The notes below the pieces were generated by a model. That model saw nothing but the letters and a program-made list of their open reading frames with translations, did not search any database and was not told the DNA's origin. A DNA stretch of 63,962 nt, filler included, from Trypethelium eluteriae (Eukaryota): NCBI GenBank assembly GCA_051942245.1. It is 4 parts of 4 records of this genome, joined end to end, with 100 filler letters (N's around TTAATTAATTAA, not from the genome) between each part and the next. Parts side by side here need not be neighbours in the genome. Positions count along the whole stretch, not along the records: positions 16,202 to 32,221 come from JAVECL010000632.1; positions 32,322 to 48,284 come from JAVECL010000633.1; 2 more parts are not named here. One strand, given 5' to 3'. Position 1 is the stretch's first letter. Each line of letters begins with the position of its first letter. This document shows, piece after piece, positions 26,816 through 37,430 of the stretch. Position numbers and translations under genes: made by a program.

Positions 26816-29800
26816 TTATACCCTTCGAATCCCATTCCCATTGACCACCGTCGTCATGGAATTACCCACAGTCTTCCTCCTCGAATTCTTCCTCGACCTT
26901 GACATGAATCGGTCAAACCCTTCATCTATCTTCCTCCGCACGACATCAAAAACCCCATTCTTCACCGCCGCCGTCTCACTCATCCAGCAATCCAAATGCC
27001 CGTGCCCCTTGAACGCCTCGCGGCTGTACCCCTGCTCCCCAAACTTCTGTCTCAACCGCTCATAGTCCCAAAGCGTGCAACTCGGATCAAACACCGCATT
27101 TTCCGTCCCATAGATCAGCTGGATTGGTAGCCCCTGCAGCTTCTGCAGGTGATCCTCGTCCAGCAGGTCGCATCCATCGGAATCAATAACCTTCCCGTGC
27201 AAACCCATCTGCACGAGATGATCCAGACACGTCATACTACAACCCCCCAAAAACCGATCCAGCTGATCGTGTGTCGCGCGATTCAACCGATCATGGCTCC
27301 ACAGACGCCCAAACGCCAGCTCGCTCCGATGACACGCCACGCTCGTGCACAGCTCATTCCAGCCCGCTGGATAGAACCGCAACAATTGGTTCAGCAGATG
27401 CTGCGTATACGCATCGGATTTCTTGCTCGTGCAGTCAAACCACTTACTTCCTGTAAAGCGGCGGTAGATATCCGTCAGATGCACCGGCAGCGACGCCTTC
27501 CACTTATTCAGCGGCGTGTAACGCGGAAACATGAAGACGTTCGACGCCGTCACCCCGCGCAGCCAGGACGCTGGGATCGTGCCGTCCAGCAGGCCCATCG
27601 ACAGCGCGATGGAGCCGGCGCAGTGCGCGACTACGTAGATGGGCTCGGGTGCGCTGCCATATTGTTGCTCCTGCGCCAGCCGGATCGTGCTCAAGGCGGC
27701 GGCGATGTCGAGCCGCGCATCGTACACTGTGAAGTGCTTGTGGGCGAGCGGCGTCTTACCTACTCGGTGCGTGTTCGACCAGCACCGGTAGCCTGCTGCG
27801 GTGAAGTAGTCGATGGCGTTCTTTTTGATGGTCGGTAGCGCATAGATCTGGTGGTCGACCGCGGCGCCGGGGACGAATAGGATGTCGTGAACCTTTTCGC
27901 CGTCGCGGAGGCCGCCGGTCGGCTCCCACATTTTCATCAAGGTGACCTCGCCGTCGATGGCTTGGGGCGAGAAGGTTTTGCTGGGCGGTATCTTTTTGTA
28001 GGGGTCTTCGCCTGGGTACTGTAGGGTTGGCCATTGCAGGGAGGTCAGTGGGGCGAGGAAGGATGTCGCTACTTGTGATGTGAAATATTGAAGGAAGCTT
28101 GCTGCGGTGCGGAGGCGCAATCTAAAGTTGTGTCCCAGTGCGTCAAACGAAGAGAGCTCCCGACCAAAGTCGTGCCATCCAATGTGGAGGATCCCCTTTC
28201 CGACGATGCTGTGGTTGTCTTCAGGCCGTGACAGAGTGACGTAGAGCGACGAGGTCGCCTGCCATGTCCTTGATATTGAGAATGCGACGGTGGGATTCAC
28301 CACTTTTATCCCATTGAAGTGAATCACCTCGTCATTAGTACCGATCATATCAAAATCGTAGGTGAGATTCGTCTGGTCTGGAGCATGGTGATCTTCGTTG
28401 AAAAGATGAAAATCCCCGCGAGATACCATGAAAGGGCTGCCTTCCATGCCGTTCGAGAAGGTGCCAGTAAGCATGGCTTGATGGTCGGCACGACTAACGA
28501 CTTAAAGAGATGTCAGAAAAGTCCTTCTCAAATAGAGTATCCCAGAACTCACGCTCGTTGGTGTCCCACGCATGGACGCTCAAGTAAAAGTGAGCATCCG
28601 CAGTCTCCGACCGTGCCTGATCAAATGCGACTTCAAAGTCGTCGATTTCGTCGCCAATGTGAATGTATCCCTTCATGACTTCGGTGAAAATGGTGCCTGC
28701 TTTACCAGCCGCCCGGGCTTCGTCTATCTCGGCCTCGGCCTTTTTGATTGCAGCCAGATCGTCAAAATGATCCGGTGAAGGCACATATGTTGGGTTACCG
28801 TAAGGATCTATCGGGCCTGGTTGAGTTACCAGTCAGCATACGAGCATGTGGATTAGAGGGCTGGTTGTACCGTTGACTGTATCGTAGTCAATTGTGATGC
28901 CTTTCTTACGTGCCGCTGCCGCAACTGAGCGCTCCGCCAAGGCTGTAATAGTTGCGAATGGATTCACCCCGAGAGCAGTAGGAACGAGTGCACCGTCCAC
29001 CACGATTAATCCCTCATAGATCTCGTTGCCCTTCCCCGTTAGCACTTCACCAAACTGTGTGGTTGCGCCCTCCTCTGGAGTGCCGTCGACGCTCATGCTC
29101 ATGCCTCCAACCGGATGCACAGTAATCTAATGTCATGTTAGCCTCGTCACTGATGGTTTGGTAAATAAGATGAATGCTCCGCCAATCATCGTCTAGATCC
29201 ATTTACATACCTCTTGTTGATTGAAATCGGCGTAAAAAGGATTTTGGATGAATGTCCCACCGGAAGAATTCGTCATCTTGCTCATCAAATCATTCAACTT
29301 TTCCAAATGCTTTTGCCTGCCGACGCCTAAAAATTCAAGTGCCGGTTTGTTATGTTTCAATGTCATCCGCGCCTGGTTGGCATCATGACTCATGATAAGA
29401 TAGACTTGAGTTCTCGCTAAACTGCCTTGCGCATGATATGGACCCAGTAGTGTGCTTTTCCACGCTGCCAATTTTTGCTGTTGCTTTTCTACCGCTGTTA
29501 AACTAGGAGGAAATATCTTGCCTGGAAGGGAAAGGAGTAGCGGCTGGAGTAGATGCGTCAGCGCTCGTGGCACAGCACCCTCCTCAATAACGAATCCATC
29601 GAGCGGATTCTCCTGCTCTCTGCAATCGATCACGCCTTGTAGATGTAAGCTGCACTCTTTCGAATAGATTTCACCTGACAAGCTACTGACCTGTGATGGT
29701 GGGTCCCACTGGATTGTCCGGATTTGGATCCTCATGGCCCATAGCGTTCACTTCTGCGTTTGTATTATAGCCGAATGCAAGCAGATCTCCATTTCCGCTC

Positions 29801-31326
29801 ATGTCTTGACCGACTCTATCACTGAGCGGAAGCCCACGCTCCTTACTTCGGAGCATAATTTCTGTCGTTCCGAGAGTACCAGCTCCAAGAAAGACGAATT
29901 TCTTTGCGTGGACCCACATCAGATCATGGAGCATTTCTTCCTTGAAAGCATCTCTTCTACTACCGTGCCAGGCAAAGAAGACCAGGTAGCCCTCCTTTGG
30001 ATGCTTCTTGATAAGTCGGACCTCGCACTCGCAGAATCTGACCAACGTCAACAACGGAGCGAGAATATTTCGTTTCAGGTTAACCTACATTTCGGCACCC
30101 CAGTTCCATGCATCCGCAAGGTAAGTCACCAAGGTGGTAGTCTTACTACCGTCATTGATCCCCGTAGAGTCCTGGCCTGTTAGGGTGCTGGCTTTCATCT
30201 CAATTCCTGTGCTATTTCGACCATCTGCGAACTTTGTCGTTTGAGGTACGCGATAGAACTTAGGGTCCCAGCCTTCCTTCCTCCCGTATTTCCGCACCAA
30301 ATCTGTCTGTTCTCGCAGTAACTTCAGTTTTAATGGTTCTGGGAGATTTTCAGGATATGTTTCGGGCTCGAGCATCTTCTCTGCTCGATCATAATCTACA
30401 ATCCGTTAGCTACAATCACTCTGGCTTTCCTCTCGATGCTTACAAGGATCTAGAGCTCCTTCTTGTGTCAGCTCTTCCGGCCACTCATCCTTTTCCATTG
30501 TACCTTTGTCAGCTCGCAAAAAGACGTTAGCGTTTAACAGACTTGTGCCACCGAGACCTATTATTAGACGAATGAGCTACATCGATTACTTCTCAGTGAC
30601 TAGAACAAACCATTTCCGACAAAAGCATTCTGGCCCTCGCCAATCATCAAGTGGTACAAGCCTGTCGGATTTCCTCTGTCGATAGGGACGCTCCTCTCGT
30701 CAGAAGCATTCTCATCACCAGTAACGTGGATTTGAGTGGCTGCATCTTTGAAAGAAGTTGGGAATTCTCCAGCTGCACCGCAATTCAGTAGGAGTCAGCA
30801 ATTTATGTCCGAAGCACAAATAGAGGCAAAGAAAATCTGAGAAAGGAAAAAAAAAGAAAATCACAGACATACGCCATCGTTCCTTGCCCCTTTCCAGAAG
30901 GCAGACGCTTTGCCCTCCTCTTGCCATGCGACTCGCTGCAACACCACCGCCATAGCCGCTCCCAATGACGACGACATCGTAACTATGCCTCAAAAGCTCC
31001 ACAGGTCGGCCAATACGGGGAAAAGAAGAGCCATTGGCATCTCTTGAAAATGTCCTGGCTCTTGGCTCACCCTCGATCTTCGCAGAGTTTGTTTTAGAGC
31101 GCATTCTTGGTTTCTGACTCTGCGTTGGATTCATAGTGCTCAAGTTTAGTGTCTTAGTAAGTCCATTCCGAACGCCATTAACTACCCCGTTCGCGACTCC
31201 ATTGACTCCTCCATTGGTTACGCCATTGGTGGCCCCGCTGGTGACGCCATTGGAAAGACTGGCTGCTCGTGCAGAAGATCCATTCACAGGCTGCACGGCA
31301 AAATCTTGATGCTCGGGTAAGCTCAT
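26816..31326 (-). CDS. GMC/cholesterol-oxidase-like flavoprotein fused to C-terminal alpha/beta-hydrolase domain
   Basis: YDVVVIGSGYGGGVAA FAD motif, GLGGTSLLNANV, LGAGTLGTTEI, HPVGG and LGVNPFATITALAER. C-terminal VVAHCAGS and GHGHLDCW. About eight introns. Confidence 0.88.
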
Positions 31327-32221
31327 TTGGGCAGATGCACTATCTTATCGAATGACCGCAGAACCACACCAAGAGTGGGAATAAAGAGTTTTTAGAACAA
31401 TTCGGCGGGGGCAGAATGGGTCGCGCAACTGATGATGGAATTACTGATTGTTTAAAGCGTTCCCAGCGTCGAATGCCGTTGCCTGGGGCTGGGACCAGTC
31501 CGAATGCGGCGAATGGGAATCAAACGCAATAGGTGGGTTGCGAATCAAAGAAAAGAGAAGCCAAAACAGCGGCCCGGGCGACAGGGCAAAGAATCCTATA
31601 TGACAGGGGAAAAGAGCCAGTCTTCAAACAGCAATAGGACCTCCACGTCTCGTGTTCGCGCTCAGCGATGCAGCCTTGCATCAAGATGCGATGGTTCAAC
31701 GGGATTAAAGTGTAGCTGAGCCTGCAGGCTACAAGGAGGCTGGGTTCGCAGGCGAGACGGGTGGAGTCGAAGTTCGAGATGATCAGTGCAGGGCCGGATT
31801 GGGTCAATTGGCGTGGCCACTAAAGCGATGGCTCGCAGTTGGTGAGCGGGTAGGCATGCACAATGCCATGGATTAGCGGCAGCAGCTGTGATCCCGCTGC
31901 TGGGCACCCAGAGCTGCACCTCGGCGGAGGCTTCGTCATTGGCCATCGGAATATTCTGAACCGTTGGCCCAGGGCGACGAGACCTCGATAGCTGATGATA
32001 GGAGAAGCTGAAGAAAGGAGACAAGAGAGACAGTGCTCATCAGCATTTACCAGCGGCCCGCACGACCGGTACGCCGGCACATTGGTGCGTTGGTATTCCC
32101 TAGCGTACCTCCCTATAGAAGACTAACTAGAACGACGAGAGATTCAAGGTTGATGGTTGACGCTTGACTTGGCGATTAGCGACTGGGTGACTTGCAGGGC
32201 TGACTTGCTAAGGTGCTGAGG

Positions 32222-32321
32222 NNNNNNNNNNNNNNNNNNNNNNNNNNNNNNNNNNNNNNNNNNNNTTAATTAATTAANNNNNNNNNNNNNNNNNNNNNNN
32301 NNNNNNNNNNNNNNNNNNNNN
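32222..32321. other. Artificial contig spacer
   Basis: 44 N + TTAATTAATTAA + 44 N. Confidence 0.98.
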
Positions 32322-32354
32322 GGGGGGTGGTTAGGAAGGGGCGAAGAGAGGTAC

Positions 32355-32405
32355 CTCGACGATCTGGATAGCCTTCATCTGGTCGGGGATGCCGTTGATA
32401 CCCAT
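32355..32405 (-). CDS. First exon of a probable zinc-binding alcohol dehydrogenase (MDR family); remainder lost in the gap
   Basis: caaaATG then MGINGIPDQMKAIQIVE followed by a GT donor. 'IP-xMKAIQ' is a typical MDR/GroES N-terminus. Confidence 0.55.
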
Positions 32406-32632
32406 TTTGATAGAGGTAGTATGGGTAATGTAATTCACAATCTGATATAAATTCAATTGGAATTGAAGAAGGAATAAATTGCCTCGGGCAAGTGATTTTA
32501 TTAGAGTAGGTTATTTTGGAATATTGCGGCAGACGTCAACCCTACGGACGACGGGAGGGTTTCTGAAATAAACTCTTATGACCGAATAAGGTGGGGTGAA
32601 AAATAAATTATTATGTCACAGCGGAGGACTAA

Positions 32633-32661
32633 ATACCACACCATACCACACCATACCACAC
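32633..32661. repeat. Tandem 10-mer (ATACCACACC) x about 3
   Basis: ataccacacc ataccacacc ataccacac read directly. Confidence 0.9.
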
Positions 32662-32811
32662 AGCGGGTAACACCGCGGGTATCTCCGACGGAGCCGATCC
32701 TCAATGTAAATCCCTGGTACGTACTTCATCAGTATTACTACTGCAACAACTGCTCACCGGTCCGAGGGTTCCTCGTCCAGTGAAGTTTCATCTCTTGCGA
32801 GACAAGGACAG

Positions 32812-35800
32812 TCATTTGCTGATGACTGAAGTCAACAGCTGCGTCTCTTTCGTAGACAACCTCGCTTTGGCGATCCCCCGAGCCAACCAAGCGAGGAACA
32901 ACTGATACCTCGTCTGCTTCTGGCCAAAGACTGTGCTAAACGCCGTATAACACAACCACTCTGCTGACTTCCTATTCACCGCACATTCATACTGTGCCCA
33001 CTGCCCCTCCCGTTTCCCCCGCCGACTCATCAGTGCCCACGACAGCGTCATGACATCCTCGACCGTCTTCACGAGCACGCCTAACCCGGGCCGCTTCGTC
33101 ACTGGCAGACTCTTGATGTAGGCGAAGCACTTCTGTGCCGTCTCTCGGTACATCTGGTACAGGCTCGTGAGCACGGTTGACAGGGCGTTGTACGTGGTAT
33201 CGAGGAACATGGCGTGCATTTGGATGCGCAGCGCGTTGAGAGTCTTGCGCTGGAAGGCGTGACCCGGGTGCTTGGAGAACTCGACAGTCAGAGTATCAGA
33301 AATGGGCCCGAGGGCACGGATGCGAGCGCGGTCCTTGGTGATGTTGAGGGAGGTGGGGTCGATGAGCGAGCCACAGTAAGGGAAAGGGGAACGTTGGGGT
33401 AAGGTGGCGATAGGAAAGCCGTTGATAGCGGTGGGAAAGTTGGTCAGCGATTTCTCGGGCTTTACGGAGACGCCAAAATCCGGGAGGCCGTCATGCATGA
33501 TCTGGAGAAAGTGCTGAGCCTTGGCTTGGTTGGTGCTGATGAGTAGGAAATCGTCGATCATACGGAGCAGGAGACAGTCGCTGTCCCTTGCGAAGCTAAG
33601 GTTTTCCTTCTCCAGCTGTGCATAGAATAGGTTGCATAGCAAGCTAGAGAGAATAGAGCCCTGCGGGATCCCGTGCTTTTGGCGGTAGTATTTCTTTCCG
33701 ACCTTGACAATATTTCGTTCGACATGCTCGCTGAGAAGATTTAACATGTTGTCTCTGGTGTCAACTTTTTGGACCACAGAATCGACAAAGACGGTCTTGG
33801 CTTTTGACTCAGATAAGCCATCGTGGAGAATATCTTGGAAATCGAAGAAGTCATCCCCATCATAGGCATGAGATATGAACTTTCGACTGATGTTCGAGTA
33901 GCTATCCTTTGTAGTTGTTGTATTTCCTGCAAACAAAGCTTTGATCTCGGCGTATCGAGCAGTTCGATAATCATCCGCGGTGATAAGTCTTTCCATGAAA
34001 GCCATCATCTTTTGCTGCGGAATGCTGTCGAAACAGGATCGGACATCGACCTTTGCGAAGTAGAGGGCATTGCCCGAATCGCCGGAGAAATTCAAGCGAT
34101 CACGAAATTGCCTAAGACGGGGGAACATTTCGTTTACTGAAAACAAAGATGAGCCAACGCTGTCTTGGTGGGCGTCCTAGATCATGTCAGTGCTTTCGCA
34201 AATCACACGATAAGCCGCAGTCTTTGGCTGACCTTTTCGAACTTAACCACGTTGAAAACTGGCTTCATAATGCTGTTGATACTTGGACCTAGGACGGTCT
34301 TGCCATATTGATGACGTTGAACACGCCTTCTCAAGTTCGCAATTGGCCGAATTCCATTCTGCTTGGGAAGCAGTCGAATGTGACTGTGGGGCAGCGATCG
34401 TCTCTCCAAGATCTTCAGTGCCTTGTCTGTCTTGATCTCGTCAAACATGGAAAGCTTGAGCTGTGATAGTGATGGCTCGGCCAGCGATCGCCATACATCA
34501 TGTCGAAAATAGAACAAGACGTTACGATTAACATTAGACTCCGTAACGTAAAAATTGGAACGTATAAGGGGTATCAAGAATGAGTCAAACACAGAATACA
34601 AAAACTCCATGAAAATCTCTTTCCGCTTCTGGAAGTCCGTGAGACTTAGCTTAGAGTTCGGCGAGATACTAGATGGGGCTAACCATGCTATTTCGTGAAT
34701 CTAAGGTCTAGTCAGCGAGCAGCAAAAGCATCGACGCGATCAAGAGCAAATTAATTAGTACGTACTTTGAGGCCGTTGAAGACATCATGCAGCGTTGCGC
34801 TTTCATACTTTCGGGCTCTGATGAATTGATCAATGTGTGACAAGACTCGCATTCGATTGTGGTCTGCCGTATCTCCATCGCCCCATAATTCAAGGGGTAT
34901 AACCTTCACGACTGCGGATCGGCAGAAGGCAGAAACTTGCGACGCTGGGGTCGCGTAGTGTAAGAAGTTGACCTGACCAAGTTCGCCTCGGTGATCCCGC
35001 AATTCCATATGGGTCGAAAGCGGACAGTGGTAGCGAAGTAGCTCTACGTAGGAACACCGGGCGTGAAGGCGTCGTAACTTCCCCGTAAGCTCGAATGGTC
35101 TCCCCCTCAATCTTTTCGGTAACGGGAGACATTTCATGCCTTCTGAGCTAGGTGAATCTGAAGTTGTATTGCGCTCGTTTTGTCGACATTTTAACAAGAT
35201 CTCCTTTTCACGGAGTGTATAGTCCTTGAAAGCGTGTGTCGTCTCCCTTGAGCCTACCTGCGAGACAAATGCATTATGCAAGCCATGCTGTTTTGGAAAG
35301 ACATGGTGCATGACATATTGTGTCTGCCTGCCATCATGCAAATCACGACAACGATTCAGAACATCTAAGGAAGTCTTTAGCAATGGAATGGCACCACTTT
35401 GAGATCGACTCACGTATGTGCGAAAGGCCAAGATGCACATCACCCTTTCCATTCAGGGTGGGCCTGGCATACAGCATTCGATGTCTTACAAATCTGATGG
35501 CGGCTGGCTTATTGGTCTGGCATTCTGCCAGCTTTTTCCCGTCGCCTAGATTGGAGCAGTGACCCGGAAGCAAATTACGATTTGCTAAGACATTTGGCGA
35601 TCTTTGGTCTCCTATAGTGTTTAAGTCTGACAACGGTGTACCTGCATCGTAAGCTTACAGGCATCGACTTTAGACAAGACATCCTTACCACAAATCTGAG
35701 TCAGATTATCTGAATCAGCAAGGGGATTGAATATTCCGCATTTCAGCAGGAGGTCTGCCATAAATTGGTCGCCATCTTTACCCAGTAGAGAGAGAAGTTG

Positions 35801-36483
35801 ACACCAGTGTGGTCCCTTGACAATTTCAATGTACTGATTTGGATAGTAAGATTGTAAACCAGGGATTCCGGATGCAGCACTGAGTTGAAGGCCCGCGTAC
35901 CCAGCAGGAGCCGCTCGTTGAAATCCATGGCAAAGCAGGTGAGGAGGGTGGCGCCGACCACAATGTTGTCTGAATAGTATCCATACTACGAAATCAACGA
36001 TCTATGAAACAAGATGAATTAGTCACGTCCCTCGATATCCGGAGACGGCAAGGCTCGCAAAGGAGCCAGAGGAGCATATTACAAACACACCTCATTTTGG
36101 CTCGAGACGAGGGAAGGGTTGGTACTCTTGGCGGTCGACCCTGATAGCTGTTGCGAAAAAGAGATGAAGTCTTGGGCCCTCGCTTGCCAATTGCTGGGTC
36201 TGGCGCTGGGCAGACCAGAGCCAACGATAGTTGAGTCAAGAAATTGAGCAAAAGTGGAGTCTACTGCATCCAAGAGTCGTCGACATCTCCTTGGCTTATT
36301 CTTAAGCTTAGATAACACGTATGCGCGCAGAGTCAGGACTTCGGGATAGAATTGTTGCAGCACGGGATGTCGTGCGGAAAACGCGTCCGGAGCTGGCCGA
36401 CGCGCATGATGATCCGTAGATCGCTTGAGGGGAGGTTCTTGATCGTCTCCAGCTTTGGAAGATCGCTTTCTTTTCTTCGCCAT
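32812..36483 (-). CDS. TERT: Telomerase reverse transcriptase
   Basis: TEN-like HPVLQQFYPEVLTLRAY; T motif FYVTESNVNRNVLFYFRHDVW; motif 1/2 IRLLPKQNGIRPI; A VDVRSCFDSIPQ; B' GIPQGSILSSLLC; C LLRMIDDFLLI; E FPYCG. Five GT-AG introns, frame intact. Confidence 0.97.
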
Positions 36484-36856
36484 GACGTCGTGCTGGGTGT
36501 GCCTAGGCGCTTTGCATTTGTAAATAGGCACTTGCACTTGAGATAGACACAGGGGGGGGCACCAAAGCGCGGGGGCACGATCTACTGTCACTAGGATTGT
36601 GATCCCACCCCAGCACCCCAGACGCAGGGGCATCTAGTACATTGGGTAGCTAGCAATGGAGCACGCAGCAGTTGAAGTGCTGCGCCCCAACGGCGATGGG
36701 CATCGTCGAGGCTCCACGATGGGGCATATTGGCCGTTGGTTAGGTCACAAGGCAAGACTCGGGGCAGGATGAGTGGTTCGGTAGGAAGGTGGGAGATGGA
36801 GAGGCTGTCGCACCGCGGGCTGCAGTGTCACCAGGCAGTGGAGGCGACCAGGGTGT

Positions 36857-36897
36857 GGAGTACGGAGTACGGAGTACATTAATTACTAGGTACGGAG
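36857..36897. promoter_or_regulatory. Cluster of TACGGAG(TA) motifs ((GGAGTAC)x3 plus one more copy) in the TERT / RhoGEF divergent promoter
   Basis: ggagtac ggagtac ggagtac at 36857-36877 and tacggag at 36891; the same motif recurs in other intergenic regions. Confidence 0.5.
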
Positions 36898-37430
36898 CTA
36901 CATGAGTTACTAGGTGCACAGCTTTGAGTTTTGCGAAGGTTAAGCTGGCGCGGGCGGGTACGGGTATTCCACCTGGCGACGGCGACCTGGACTGGGTGAC
37001 TGGACAATAATCCCCATCCGTCGGCCTCACCACCGCTCTCCAATCTCGCACCTCTAACTCGAGACAGCTCACACGCAACCTTGCCCGTCCATCTTCACTC
37101 GCTTGTCCTCTCATCTTCCTCCGCCCTTTCCACGCTGCCATCTCTGACAGGCTCTCGCTTCGCTGCTTGCCAGCTCACCACCCTCACCGCACCCACACCG
37201 CACCCTTCCACGCGCCCCCCCTCAGCCACATCTGGCCTCCACGCCGGTCGCGACCTCTCTCCTCCATTTGCACCTTCGCATGGTGATAGGTCAATGCATC
37301 CCTCCTGTCGCAATACCACCTGCTCCATCCTGGCTCCGCTCCACTGTCCTCGACTCACCGCGACACTGCCTTCTGATGGAACTTAGGCGAGCGGACCGAG
37401 CTAGTGCGCTTATGACGTGAAAGTGAGAGA

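Noticed and set aside
32812..34610. Reverse transcriptase ORF as a retroelement
   Set aside because: It has the telomerase-specific T motif and spliceosomal introns, and I saw no LTR, gag or endonuclease; it is cellular TERT.
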